This document shows, piece by piece, positions 17,458 to 28,068 of a stretch of 64,000 bases of DNA (position 1 is its first letter; each line of letters starts with the position of its first letter). Position numbers and translations under genes: made by a program. The notes below the pieces were generated by a model. It ran no database searches and was not told the origin of the DNA. It worked only from the letters and a program-made list of their open reading frames with translations. Origin of the DNA: Eubacteriales bacterium (GTDB lineage Bacteria; Bacillota; Clostridia; Oscillospirales; CAG-272); NCBI GenBank assembly GCA_045611685.1, contig JAZKXO010000003.1:20767-84766 (forward strand), given 5' to 3'.

Positions 17458-18443
17458 GTTCTTGATTCCTCCTTGCGGCGCTTCCAATCGGGCTTCTTCT
17501 TCATTTCTGTGAAGATCTCGACGTAACTGTCGTGGCGATCTTTCGTGATTTCTCCCCGGTGTACGGCATCGAGAATGGCGCAGCCTTCCTCCTTCGTATG
17601 GGTGCATTTTGTGTATCGGCAGTCGCCGATATGAGGACGGAATTCACGGAAAGCGCTTGTAAGATCGGCGGGATCAAAAAAGTTGAAGCGCGTAAAATCG
17701 AGAATGGAGAATCCGGGCGTGTCAGCGATAAGACAGACACTTTCGTTTTGTTCAAAGGGATGCAGTTCCACGTGGCGCGTCGTCTGGCGACCGCGTTCAG
17801 CGCGGCGGCTGATCTCCCCCGTTTTTATGGTAAGATCAGGGAAGAGTTTAGACATCATTGTGGATTTTCCTGCACCCGAGGCACCCGCAAAGGCGGCCGT
17901 TACGCTCGACTCGAGAGAGGAAATGGTGCCTATGAACTTCCGAAGTGACTCTACCGCGTTGGCATCTCCGGACGAGAGTGTGAAGACAGTAAATCCCGCA
18001 GAGCGGTAGATAGCGGCGATTGCATCCGCGCTCGATTCGTCGAGATCCTGTTTCGTTACGAGAATAATAGGCTCAATGTTCGCCGATTCCGCGATCGCGA
18101 TAAGCTTATCTGCCGTTTTGAGATCCGGTGCCGGACGGGCAGCAGGAATCACGAGAAACAGATGCGTAAGATTTGCAAGCGGCGGACGGATCAGCGCGTT
18201 TCGGCGAGGGAGAATCTCGTCAATCACAAAAGAGGCAGTTTTTCCGTCATCTACGGCAGGAGCGTCGCTGTCTCTTTCAATAAGGACGAGATCACCCGGG
18301 AGCGGTGTGATCTTATCGTGGCGGAACGATCCGCGTGCCCGGCAAAGGATCAGCTCGTCTCCGGGCGTAAGCGGCAAAAGGCGGACCCCAAAAAGTCCGC
18401 CTACTCCGCGCATTATAATTCCTTTTTGCATAGATTCATGCAT
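17454..18443 (-). CDS. rsgA: Ribosome small subunit-dependent GTPase A
   Basis: TKQD, GASGAGKST, GRQTTRH, DTPGF, CRYTKCTHTKEEGC. Confidence 0.95.
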   Translation of the reverse strand: MHESMQKGIIMRGVGGLFGVRLLPLTPGDELILCRARGSFRHDKITPLPGDLVLIERDSDAPAVDDGKTASFVIDEILPRRNALIRPPLANLTHLFLVIPAARPAPDLKTADKLIAIAESANIEPIILVTKQDLDESSADAIAAIYRSAGFTVFTLSSGDANAVESLRKFIGTISSLESSVTAAFAGASGAGKSTMMSKLFPDLTIKTGEISRRAERGRQTTRHVELHPFEQNESVCLIADTPGFSILDFTRFNFFDPADLTSAFREFRPHIGDCRYTKCTHTKEEGCAILDAVHRGEITKDRHDSYVEIFTEMKKKPDWKRRKEESRT

Positions 18444-18466
18444 ACGGTTCGGTTCCTGTTATATTG

Positions 18467-20329
18467 TCAGTTTCCACCGAAAAGACCGTTCCACCACGGA
18501 TCCATTGTGCCGCCGGGGATATTCGGTGTTGTCGGATAAGAAGGGAAGAGACCCGGGAAATTGGGTACCTGTTCGGTGTCTGTAGGATACTGCGGCACGT
18601 ATTCTTCCACGGTTTCTTCGTACGGATCATCATACGTTGTTTCCTCGGGGGTAGGCTGCGGTTCAAACGGCTGTACGTAACTCGGGCCGCCGCTCACGAC
18701 AAAGTCAATTTGCGTGTTGGCATGTACGGTTTTGAATTCCGCAATGCTTTGCGAGATGACCGTGCCTCTGGCGTAGCCGGAGGACTCGTAGGTTACGTTT
18801 CCGACGCGAAGTCCGCAGTCAGACAGTTTCTGGAGCGTTTGTACCTCCGTAAGACCCACGAAGTTCGGTACGACTACGGTACCGAGAGAGGGACCTATGC
18901 TGGCGTAAACGGTTACTGTTTCGCCAAGCTTCATAACGGAGCCTGCCGTGGGTTCGGTGCGGATCACGCGGCCTACGTCAAACGATTCGCTGTGGACCTT
19001 GGAAATCTTCACCTTAAGGCCAAGCGTTTTGCAGATGCGTTCGGCTTCGCGGTAATCCTCGATGATAAGATCGGGGAGAACTACCGTTTCGGCGCCTTTA
19101 CTGATTACCAATTTGATCTCGCATTTCTGCTTGCCGGGGATGACTTTACGGCGATCGCCGCTGGCGGGATCTTGTTGGATAATGACGCCCTTATCGTATT
19201 TGGGGTCGTACTGGTAGGAAATATCGAGCGTATAGTGCTCGGATCTGTCAAAGAATTGCTGAAGCTCATCTGTATAGTAAGCGCCGACGAAATTGGTAAT
19301 CGTAATTGTTTCCGCATTGGTCGAATTATTGAAAATCAGCTTGTCCAGCATAACGTAGCCGCTGATTCCCGCGACGATGACAAGAGCGAAGAACACGCCG
19401 AGAATGATTGGCAGCATAGAGCGGCTGACACGGCTCTTTTGGCGGCTTTTCTTTTTTGCGGATTCCTTTTTGAGCTCACGGAAAACAATATGCGGGTTCT
19501 CGCGCAGTCTTTGGATCTGGCGATGCATAACGGCGGCAGTCTGGTAACGGTCCTCAGGGTTTTTCTCCATTGCCCGCGTGATGATCTGTTCAAGTCCCAA
19601 AGGGAGAGCTCCGTTCAGTTCTCTTGGCGGCGTGGCCTCGGAATTCACCTGCATGAGTGCGACGGATACGGGGCTTTCCGCATCAAAGGGAAGCTTGGCA
19701 CACGCCATCTCGTACATGAGAACACCGAGGGAGTAAAGATCACTTCTGGCGTCGATCTGGTGCCCGCTTGCCTGCTCGGGGCTGATATAGTAAACCGTAC
19801 CGATGGCTTTGTCCGTCATCGTTACCGTTTCTGCGTTCGGCAGTTTGGCAATGCCGAAATCCATCACCTTGATGAGGCCGTTTTTGAGAAGCATGATGTT
19901 CTGCGGCTTTATATCGCGGTGGACGATTCCTTTGGCATGTGCGTGCTCAAGTGCACTCAGAATCTGTTCGGTGTAACTGAGGATCTCCTTTACGGAAAGG
20001 ATTCCCTTGTGCGTCATGTAGTTTTTGAGCGTGATACCCTCCACGAATTCCATAACGATATACTTGACGTTATCGCGTACGGACACGTCGTAAATATTGA
20101 CGATATTCGGGTGGGAGAGCATGGCGACCGCCTTTGATTCGTTGATAAAGCGTCTGACGCTCGGCTGGTCTGCCGCGATTTCATCGCGCAGCATTTTCAC
20201 GGCAACGACGCGCTTCATCAGGAGATCGTGTGCTTTGTACACGACTGCCATGCCGCCGATGCCTATAATTTTTTCTATCTTATATCGGTTGTCAAAAACG
20301 GCACCGACATATCTTTCAAATTGATCCAT
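18467..20329 (-). CDS. prkC: PASTA-domain Ser/Thr kinase (PrkC/Stk1)
   Basis: GIGGMAVVY, HRDIKPQN, DFGIA, SPEQ, TM helix, three PASTA repeats. Confidence 0.95.
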   Translation of the reverse strand: MDQFERYVGAVFDNRYKIEKIIGIGGMAVVYKAHDLLMKRVVAVKMLRDEIAADQPSVRRFINESKAVAMLSHPNIVNIYDVSVRDNVKYIVMEFVEGITLKNYMTHKGILSVKEILSYTEQILSALEHAHAKGIVHRDIKPQNIMLLKNGLIKVMDFGIAKLPNAETVTMTDKAIGTVYYISPEQASGHQIDARSDLYSLGVLMYEMACAKLPFDAESPVSVALMQVNSEATPPRELNGALPLGLEQIITRAMEKNPEDRYQTAAVMHRQIQRLRENPHIVFRELKKESAKKKSRQKSRVSRSMLPIILGVFFALVIVAGISGYVMLDKLIFNNSTNAETITITNFVGAYYTDELQQFFDRSEHYTLDISYQYDPKYDKGVIIQQDPASGDRRKVIPGKQKCEIKLVISKGAETVVLPDLIIEDYREAERICKTLGLKVKISKVHSESFDVGRVIRTEPTAGSVMKLGETVTVYASIGPSLGTVVVPNFVGLTEVQTLQKLSDCGLRVGNVTYESSGYARGTVISQSIAEFKTVHANTQIDFVVSGGPSYVQPFEPQPTPEETTYDDPYEETVEEYVPQYPTDTEQVPNFPGLFPSYPTTPNIPGGTMDPWWNGLFGGN

Positions 20330-20361
20330 CAAGATACATTCACCTCAAACGTAATTTGATC

Positions 20362-21132
20362 TCAGGCTTCCATCACAATGACAACAGCGGTAATATTGTC
20401 CGTACCGCCAAGCGAGTTTGCGCGGCTGATAAGCGTTGTCGCTTTTTCGTCGACAGATGTTTCCGCTTTGAGGATTTCGAATAGTTGTTCGGGCGCCAGG
20501 TGATTCGTAAGACCGTCCGAACAGAGAAGAACGTAGGCGGGATTGACGGTCGGATCGATTTCCGTTACGAACACATCCGCATCCACACTGGATTCCGTAC
20601 CGACCGCTTTCGTGATGATGTTGCGGTTCGGGGCGGTGCGGGCTTCTTCCTCGGAAATGCGTCCGATATCTACGAGATACTGGACGTAGGAATGGTCGTG
20701 GGTGATTTGGTTGATCTCATCAGCCTGTGCTACGTACAAACGGCTGTCGCCTACATTGGCGGTGTAGAGCGTTGTGCCGACGATGAGGGCGGAAACGAGT
20801 GTCGTTCCCATGCCCTTGAGAGCATCGTCCGATTCGGAGCGGTCAAAGACCGCTTTGTTGGAATCGATTGCGGCGTTGCGCAGTGCGCGGTGAATCTGCG
20901 AATCGGTGCACTCGATCGTGTTCTCGGCGGTAATGTAGGATCCTATGAACGCGTCCATAGATGCGACAAAGGTTTCCGCCGCCGTGGAGCTTGCTTCAAA
21001 GCCGCCGCGTGCGCCGCCCATTCCGTCGCAGACGACTGCCAGAAGAATGCCGGGTGCGTATTCTTTTATCAGGAAATTGTCCTGATTGACGTTGCGTTTC
21101 ATGCCAACGTCCGTGATTCCGCTGTACTGCAT
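20362..21132 (-). CDS. prpC: PP2C Ser/Thr phosphatase (PrpC/Stp1)
   Basis: VCDGMGG, MGTT, NVGDSR, CSDGL, GTDNIT. Confidence 0.95.
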   Translation of the reverse strand: MQYSGITDVGMKRNVNQDNFLIKEYAPGILLAVVCDGMGGARGGFEASSTAAETFVASMDAFIGSYITAENTIECTDSQIHRALRNAAIDSNKAVFDRSESDDALKGMGTTLVSALIVGTTLYTANVGDSRLYVAQADEINQITHDHSYVQYLVDIGRISEEEARTAPNRNIITKAVGTESSVDADVFVTEIDPTVNPAYVLLCSDGLTNHLAPEQLFEILKAETSVDEKATTLISRANSLGGTDNITAVVIVMEA

Positions 21133-21232
21133 ATATGATTCACCTCCGAGTCGATGATGCCGTATGTTGCTATACAAATTATTGTATCATATTCCACCGT
21201 CCAAGTAAAGGCGGAGTTTGGAAATTTCTAGA

Positions 21233-22291
21233 TTATTTCACAGTTTTTGCTCCGTGGCGGAGTCTTAACTGACCGCAGGATGCGTTGATATCGCTGCCGA
21301 GCCTACGGCGGATCGTGGCGTTGATCCCGCGCCGCTCGAGCTGATCGCGGAACGCTATCGCGTTTTTTCTGGCGACGGTGGAGAGCCCGGTTTCCGAAAC
21401 CTCGTTTAATAGGATCAGATTCACGTGGCAGACTGCGTGCATGCCGCCCTTGAGGCGTGCGGCAAGCGCATCGGCCTGCGCGATGGAGTCATTTTTGCCG
21501 CCGATGAGCGTATACTCGAAGGAAACGCGGCGGCCGGTCGTGGCGAAATAATCCCGACAAGCTGAGAGGAGCGCGTCAATGGGGTATTTATTATTGATTG
21601 GCATAAGCGCGCTTCTCGTCTCATCATCCGCTGCGTGGAGAGAGATGGAAAGCGTGATCGGCAGATTCTCTTCGGCGAGTTTTCTGATTTTCGGGACGAT
21701 TCCGCACGTGGAGAGGGAAATGTGCCGAAGGCCGATGTTGAGTCCGTCGGGATGACTTACGAGACGGAGAAAGCGAACGGAGTTGTCGTAGTTGTCAAGC
21801 GGCTCACCTATACCCATCATGACCACGCCGCCGACACGCTCGCCGGTATCTCTCTCGGCCATAATCACCTGTCCGAGAATTTCCGATGCGGTAAGATCGC
21901 GCGTTTTTCCGTTTAAGGTAGAGGCACAGAAGCGGCATCCCATAAGGCATCCCGCCTGTGAGGAAACGCAGAGGGAATTGCCGTGCTCGTAGCGCATGAA
22001 AACGCTTTCCACACATTCGCCGTCAATGAGGGAAAATAGGTATTTTACCGTGCCATCAAGTTTTGAGACGAGCTTTTCTTCGATTTTCGGGAGACGGTAG
22101 TCTGTTACGGCGGCAAGCTTTTCACGGAGGTTGGCAGGCAGATTGGTCATTTCTTCAAATTGTGCGCCCTTTTGCATCCAATCATATAACTGCTTTGCGC
22201 GAAAGTCCTTCTCGCCGATGGAACGGATAAACACTTTCAGTTCATCCGGCGTCATTGAGAGTATATCTGCTTTGGATACTGTATCCGTCAT
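21233..22291 (-). CDS. rlmN: Radical SAM 23S rRNA/tRNA m2A methyltransferase
   Basis: SSQAGCLMGCRFC, MGIGEP, INASCGQL. Confidence 0.96.
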   Translation of the reverse strand: MTDTVSKADILSMTPDELKVFIRSIGEKDFRAKQLYDWMQKGAQFEEMTNLPANLREKLAAVTDYRLPKIEEKLVSKLDGTVKYLFSLIDGECVESVFMRYEHGNSLCVSSQAGCLMGCRFCASTLNGKTRDLTASEILGQVIMAERDTGERVGGVVMMGIGEPLDNYDNSVRFLRLVSHPDGLNIGLRHISLSTCGIVPKIRKLAEENLPITLSISLHAADDETRSALMPINNKYPIDALLSACRDYFATTGRRVSFEYTLIGGKNDSIAQADALAARLKGGMHAVCHVNLILLNEVSETGLSTVARKNAIAFRDQLERRGINATIRRRLGSDINASCGQLRLRHGAKTVK

Positions 22292-22304
22292 AGTGAGTCC
22301 GTCC

Positions 22305-23624
22305 TTAGTTTTTCCGTATCATTTTTGCGATAAAAAATCCGTCGCATCCGTCCGTATCGGGGAAGAATGTCCGCGTGCCCGAGGGGATGTCTCCGATCTT
22401 ATCAAGATAAAACGGTGCAGGGGCAAAATCGGGATTCTCTTTGAGAAAGCGGGTAACGATTTCCTCATTCTCTTTCGGATTCAGCGTGCAGGTGGAATAC
22501 ACGAGCACGCCGCCCGGGCGTACGTATCGGGAAGCGCCCTTCAGAACGTCGTACTGTACGGACGGGAGAGATTGAATAGCGGAGATCGGTTTGTACTTGA
22601 TATCGGGTTTTTTGCCGATCACGCCAAGCCCCGAGCAAGGGGCGTCGCAAAGAACGCGGTCAGCCGTGCCGATGAGCTCCTCACGTGGTTTTTTCGCGTT
22701 CTGCGCTTCGGCTGTGAGATTTTTGATCCCGAGCGCTTCGGCGGTGCGGCGGATGAGGGAGATCTTGTTTTCGTGCAGATCGAAAGAGTAGAGCTTGCCC
22801 TCGTTGTTCATATCAATGGCGGCGGAGAACGATTTGCCGCCCGGTGCCGCGCAGGTGTCGATCACCGTTTCCCCCGGCTTCGGGTCGAGCGCACGGACAG
22901 CCAATCGCGAGGCGGGATCCTGTACGAAGAACAAGCCGGCTTTCACGCCGTCTGCAACATGGGCGGCACTGGATACCGTTATCATATCGTCCGAAAGCGG
23001 CGAGATTTGTGGATCGGCATCTTTGAGGTAAGAAAGTGCCTCATCCATGGTCGTTTTGAGTGTGTTAACGCGAACCGTTACGGGCGTATGGCGCAGAAAC
23101 GCCTCGAGAATGGCGCCTGCTTTCTTCAAACCGTAACTGTTAATAAAAAATCGGCACAGATCGGTGGGGGTGCTGTACAAAACGGAAAGGTATTCCGCGT
23201 TGTTTTCCTCTTTGGGCAAGGGGATCGTGCATCCCTCTCGCAGAAAGGTGCGGAGAATGGCGTTGATAAAGCCGCGCGTGTGCTTCGGCATAAGGGCTAC
23301 GGTTTCTGAAACAGCCGCGTGCGGCGGGATCCGATCCATAAACGCCAGCTGATAAAGGCCGAGACGGATGGCGCAGCGCACCGATTCGTCAATTTTCTCG
23401 ATAGGCCGAGCGGACAGATGCGCCATTGTGTAATCGAGTGTAATGGCGCGTTCGATCACGCCGTAGACGAGAGCGGTATACAGCCCTCGATCCGCGTCAC
23501 TCATTTTCGAGTTTGAAAGAGACGCGTTAATTTCAAGATTGGCGTAACGCCCCTCTTTTTCCCACGCCAAAAGAGAGGCCATGGCGGCCGCGCGCGGATT
23601 TTCAGTCGTTCTTTCTTTATTCAT
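22305..23624 (-). CDS. rsmB: 16S rRNA m5C967 methyltransferase
   Basis: NusB-like N-domain, DTCAAPGGKS, DAPCSGLG, YSTCT. Confidence 0.95.
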   Translation of the reverse strand: MNKERTTENPRAAAMASLLAWEKEGRYANLEINASLSNSKMSDADRGLYTALVYGVIERAITLDYTMAHLSARPIEKIDESVRCAIRLGLYQLAFMDRIPPHAAVSETVALMPKHTRGFINAILRTFLREGCTIPLPKEENNAEYLSVLYSTPTDLCRFFINSYGLKKAGAILEAFLRHTPVTVRVNTLKTTMDEALSYLKDADPQISPLSDDMITVSSAAHVADGVKAGLFFVQDPASRLAVRALDPKPGETVIDTCAAPGGKSFSAAIDMNNEGKLYSFDLHENKISLIRRTAEALGIKNLTAEAQNAKKPREELIGTADRVLCDAPCSGLGVIGKKPDIKYKPISAIQSLPSVQYDVLKGASRYVRPGGVLVYSTCTLNPKENEEIVTRFLKENPDFAPAPFYLDKIGDIPSGTRTFFPDTDGCDGFFIAKMIRKN

Positions 23625-24564
23625 ACTGCGGTTGTGTCAGAACGTCACCCTCGGCGATGCCTCGTCCGTTCAGAAAAGCGGCAGCGGGCATTTTTCCTTT
23701 GCCCTCCGGCTGTACTTCGGTAATAGCGATCACGCCGTCCTTCGTCGCAACGGCAATCTTGCCGCCGGCGGTTGATAGGACCGTGCCGGGCGTTTTGTCC
23801 GTCTTTTCGTTTGTCATACGGGCGGCGAGGATCTTGAGCGTCCGTCCGCTTGGCATAAGTGCCACAGCCCCGGGGATGGGTGAAAGACCGCGGATGTGGT
23901 TGAAGACGTCCCGGAGCGGCGCGTCAAAGGATAAAGCGCAGTCTTTGTTTTCAATCTTTGCGGCGTAAGTGGAAAGAGAGTCATCCTGCGGCGTGCGGGC
24001 GGCGGTGCCGTTCTCAATGGCAAGGAGAGCATCGAGCATGGCGTGGCTGCCTGCCTCTGCCATTTTATCGTGCAGCGTTTCGAAATTGTCGTCGTCGGTG
24101 ATCGGTACTTGCACTTTCAAGATCATATCGCCCGTGTCGAGACCTTCTGCCATATACATGGCGGTCACGCCGGTGAGTGTATCGCCCATGAGGATCGCGC
24201 GCTGGATCGGCGCGGCACCGCGGTGGCGGGGAAGAAGCGATCCGTGGGCGTTGATACATCCGTACTTAGGATAATCGAGAATATACGACGGCAGAATTTT
24301 TCCGTAAGCTGCAACAACGATTATTTCGGGATCAATAGCGGCAAGCGTATCGGCAAAAACCCCGTTTTTCATCGTTTCGGGCTGATATACGGGTATGCCC
24401 GCTTCGATGGCGTACTCCTTTACGGGGGGCGGCGTCAGGATCTTTTTGCGCCCTTTCGGCTTGTCCGGCTGGGTTACGACAGCCGCGATCTCGTGTCCGT
24501 TCTCATGGAGCGCTTCGAGAATCGTTCTGGCGAAGTCCGGCGTTCCCATAAATAAAACTTTCAT
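23617..24564 (-). CDS. fmt: Methionyl-tRNA formyltransferase
   Basis: FMGTPDFA, NAHGSLLP.HRGAAPIQ, GLDTGD. Confidence 0.97.
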   Translation of the reverse strand: MKVLFMGTPDFARTILEALHENGHEIAAVVTQPDKPKGRKKILTPPPVKEYAIEAGIPVYQPETMKNGVFADTLAAIDPEIIVVAAYGKILPSYILDYPKYGCINAHGSLLPRHRGAAPIQRAILMGDTLTGVTAMYMAEGLDTGDMILKVQVPITDDDNFETLHDKMAEAGSHAMLDALLAIENGTAARTPQDDSLSTYAAKIENKDCALSFDAPLRDVFNHIRGLSPIPGAVALMPSGRTLKILAARMTNEKTDKTPGTVLSTAGGKIAVATKDGVIAITEVQPEGKGKMPAAAFLNGRGIAEGDVLTQPQYE

Positions 24565-24583
24565 TCGTTTATCCCTTCGTTAG

Positions 24584-25063
24584 TCAGCCGATGTTTTCCT
24601 TGATCTCCTCGGGCGTCAGCATATGAACGGCATTATCCTTGAAGAGTACACCGTCCAGATGATCGATCTCGTGGCAGAATGCGCGTGCGAGAAGACCTGT
24701 GCCGGTAACCGTGTACGTCTCTCCGTTTCGGTTCATGGCGCGGACGGTTACCTTCATCGGGCGATCGGTGATGCCCCACTGTTCGGGCACGGAAAGGCAG
24801 CCTTCCAGCTCGTTCTGCTTACCCTCACGTTCAATGATTTCGGGGTTGATGAGTTCGTACAGCTGACCGTCCACCACCTCTACAAGAGCGATACGGCGGA
24901 GTACGCCGACCTGCGGTGCGGCGAGACCGACGCCGTTTGCATCGTGGAGGGTTTCGAGCATATCGTCGAGAAGCTGAAGGATTCGGGGGGTGATCGCCTC
25001 AACGGGGCGGCAGATTTTACGGAGAACTTCGTCTCCCTCTTTTACTATATTCAAAATAGCCAT
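24584..25063 (-). CDS. def: Peptide deformylase
   Basis: GVGLAAPQVG, EGCLS, HEIDHLDG. Confidence 0.97.
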   Translation of the reverse strand: MAILNIVKEGDEVLRKICRPVEAITPRILQLLDDMLETLHDANGVGLAAPQVGVLRRIALVEVVDGQLYELINPEIIEREGKQNELEGCLSVPEQWGITDRPMKVTVRAMNRNGETYTVTGTGLLARAFCHEIDHLDGVLFKDNAVHMLTPEEIKENIG

Positions 25064-25085
25064 AATAACATCCTCGCTTTTAAAA

Positions 25086-27608
25086 TCAAAGTGTATTGGG
25101 GTTCAGATCTGCCGAGATAGTGAGCCGCTTTCCTGTGCCTTTGCCGAATTCGGTCAGTATATCGGAGATAAACTGACGGGCACGTCGGTTCAGCCGGCAC
25201 TTAATAACTATGCGGTTGCGGCAAACGCCCTGAATCTTGTATACGGGCGCTTCAAACGGGCCGAACAGAATCATTTTTATATCCGCGTATTGGCCCGATA
25301 CCGCCGCCGTGATCCACTCGCGAAGTCGCACGGTGGCACTTCCGAGGAGCGCTTCGTCGCGGCTCGATAGAGTGATGACGGCAATATCGCAGAACGGCGG
25401 GAAGAGAAGTGACTCTCTGACGCGGATCTCGCGGCGGTAAAATTCCTTGTAATCCTGGTTGGCGGCAAGCGTCAAAACGTCGTTTGACGGGTTGAACGTC
25501 TGCACGACGGCAGTCCCCGGTTTATCGGCTCTGCCGGCTCTGCCGATCACCTGCGTGAGCATAGAGAACGTGCGCTCCGAGGCGCGGTAGTCGTCGAGAT
25601 ACAAAGACGCGTCTGCGTTTATGACACCCACGAGAGTAACGGCGGGGAAGTCGTGTCCTTTCGTTACCATTTGCGTGCCGAGAAGCACGTCGGCGTCCCC
25701 TTTTCGGAATGAGCCTAAAATCTCCTCGTGCGAGAATTTCGTCTGCGTCGTGTCCATATCCATGCGAATCACGCGCGGGGACGGGGTGAGGTTTTTGAGT
25801 TCTCCCTCCACCATCTGTGTGCCGTATCCGCGGAAATGGAAATGCACGCTCTCGCACGCGGGGCATTTATCGGGCACGCGGGATCTGTAACCGCAGTAGT
25901 GGCAGGTCAGTACACCGTTTTCCGTTCTCGTCTGGCGGTATTCCTCCGCCGTTTCACTCTCGCCGAGCGGTCGGAAGACGTGGTAGGTAAGAGAGACGGA
26001 GCAATTAGGACATTTGAGCGCCTCACCGCAGGTGCGGCACGTGATAAAACTATTGTATCCGCGCCGATTGAGAAACAGGATCGCCTGCTCGGAGGCAGAG
26101 ACCGTTTCTGCAAGGCGTTCTTTAAGGAGCGATCCCAGGGGCGAGGACGCGCCGCCCGCCGGCTCACCGCGCATATCGGTGATAACGACGTGCGGAAGCG
26201 TTGCTTTGCCGTATCGCTTTTTCATCTCAATGAGCGTGTATTTGCCGCTCATCGCCTTGTAATAACTGGCGACGGACGGGGTAGCGGATGCAAGGAGCAT
26301 GAGGGCGTTGTGCCGTCCGCACCTAAAGCGCGCGATATCGTGGGCAAGATATTTTGGGTTCGTGTCGGATTTGTAGGTGTGCTCCTGCTCCTCGTCGATG
26401 ACGATAAGGCCGATGTTCGAAAGCGGAGCAAAAACGGCAGAGCGTGTGCCGATGACCACGTCGGCGAGTCCGTCGCGGATACGCCGCCACGCATCGTACC
26501 GTTCTCCCGCGGAAAGGGAGGAATGAATGACGGCAACGCGGTCGCCGTACCGTGCGAGGAAGATGCCGACCATCTGCGGCGTGAGCGAAATTTCGGGGAT
26601 GAGAACGATAGCACCGCGCCCATCAAGGCGCACGCGGTCGATCATAGAAAGGATCACACGCGTTTTTCCGCTGCCGGTGACGCCGTGCAGGAGCGCCGCT
26701 TTCGGCTCACCCGATCCGTACAGCGACGTGAGCGTGTCATACGCTGTCTTTTGTTCTTCGGAGAGCGGACTGTCGCCGACGTCGGGCGGCGTTTGTCTTT
26801 CGGAGAACGGGTTGCGGAAGTCATCCTCGAGCCGTTCGGTAATGAGACCTTTTTTGAGAAGAGCGGTGATCTGCACGCGGGAGGTTCCCGTGAGTGCTAT
26901 GAGATCCGCTTCGAGCATCTCGCCGTTTTTGAAAAGGCTTTGTAAAATTTCAGCTTGTGCTTTGGAGCGCTGCTGACGAAGCGCATCGCTAAAGGATTTT
27001 TGATCGGAAACAGTGGAAGACAGTACATAGAAGCGGCGGTAGCGCTCATTTTTCTTTTCGCGCACTTCCGTTTCTCTCGCGAGAAGGCCTGCACGTACGA
27101 GCGCCGCTAAGAGGTCCGCGCATTCCGTCCCGAATTCCGCTCTCAGTCGTGTCCCGGAGACGCGTCCTCTTGCCGCGATAAAGGAGTAAACGAACGATGC
27201 TTTATCAACGAGTTTTTGTAACTTCGGCTCGGCATCCTCGAGGGGGCACGCGGTGTAGTATTCCGTGCTTTTGGAAATGGCGGCTGTGGGGATCACCGTT
27301 CTGACGGCATCGCCGACGGTACAGAGCGTGTAATCCTTCATAAAGGTGCACAGCGCCAGCATTTCCTCGGTGAGAACGGTTCCGTTTTCCGAAAGGGAAA
27401 GGATCGGCTTTACGTGCTCGCGCGCGGAATCTGTTTTGAGTTCCACGACGACCGCCGGCACCTTGCGGTTGGATACACCGTAGGGAACGCTTACGAGCAT
27501 ACCGCGCCTGATACTGTCCGACAGTTCTGCGGGCACGTAATAATCGTACGGCCGATCGGCGTGATACGGCACGTCAAGAATATGGACGGTAGCAAAAAGC
27601 TCGCTCAT
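25086..27608 (-). CDS. priA: Primosomal protein N'
   Basis: GVTGSGKT, DEEQE, SATP, four CxxC motifs, GTQMVTKG. Confidence 0.97.
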   Translation of the reverse strand: MSELFATVHILDVPYHADRPYDYYVPAELSDSIRRGMLVSVPYGVSNRKVPAVVVELKTDSAREHVKPILSLSENGTVLTEEMLALCTFMKDYTLCTVGDAVRTVIPTAAISKSTEYYTACPLEDAEPKLQKLVDKASFVYSFIAARGRVSGTRLRAEFGTECADLLAALVRAGLLARETEVREKKNERYRRFYVLSSTVSDQKSFSDALRQQRSKAQAEILQSLFKNGEMLEADLIALTGTSRVQITALLKKGLITERLEDDFRNPFSERQTPPDVGDSPLSEEQKTAYDTLTSLYGSGEPKAALLHGVTGSGKTRVILSMIDRVRLDGRGAIVLIPEISLTPQMVGIFLARYGDRVAVIHSSLSAGERYDAWRRIRDGLADVVIGTRSAVFAPLSNIGLIVIDEEQEHTYKSDTNPKYLAHDIARFRCGRHNALMLLASATPSVASYYKAMSGKYTLIEMKKRYGKATLPHVVITDMRGEPAGGASSPLGSLLKERLAETVSASEQAILFLNRRGYNSFITCRTCGEALKCPNCSVSLTYHVFRPLGESETAEEYRQTRTENGVLTCHYCGYRSRVPDKCPACESVHFHFRGYGTQMVEGELKNLTPSPRVIRMDMDTTQTKFSHEEILGSFRKGDADVLLGTQMVTKGHDFPAVTLVGVINADASLYLDDYRASERTFSMLTQVIGRAGRADKPGTAVVQTFNPSNDVLTLAANQDYKEFYRREIRVRESLLFPPFCDIAVITLSSRDEALLGSATVRLREWITAAVSGQYADIKMILFGPFEAPVYKIQGVCRNRIVIKCRLNRRARQFISDILTEFGKGTGKRLTISADLNPNTL

Positions 27609-27686
27609 GGTGATCTCCTTTCCTCATATTTTCGGCATTCGGATAAAAGTCATGCCTGCCGCCCCGCGGCAGGCATGGTGTAATCT

Positions 27687-28004
27687 TTAGGGATTTACTT
27701 CTTCGGCCTCTTGGGCGGCGGTTTCTTCAACCGGAACGTCCTCGCCCTCGGCAACGATGGCGAACTCACCCTCGTGGATACGGTTGATTGCTGTCTTTAC
27801 AGCCTTTTCGTCTCTGTATTCACGCTTGATCATGGAAATAAGACTTTTGTCCGTTTCTTTGTTGGCGATCAGCTTTTCAGCGTATTCGCGCTGCTTTACG
27901 TATTCATCCGTGAGGATGCGGGCGCACTTTGATGTTGCGATAACGAGCGTGTAACGATTAAATTTTCCGTTTTTGGACAGATCGCTGTTGGACGGATAGA
28001 TCAT
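27687..28004 (-). CDS. rpoZ: RNA polymerase omega subunit
   Basis: NRYTLVIATSKCAR...KAVKTA; gmk-rpoZ-priA synteny. Confidence 0.8.
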   Translation of the reverse strand: MIYPSNSDLSKNGKFNRYTLVIATSKCARILTDEYVKQREYAEKLIANKETDKSLISMIKREYRDEKAVKTAINRIHEGEFAIVAEGEDVPVEETAAQEAEEVNP

Positions 28005-28068
28005 AGTATTCCTCTTTCTCCCGTTACGGGTATCAGTCGTTTATATGGATGTACAAATTTTTCTGTTA

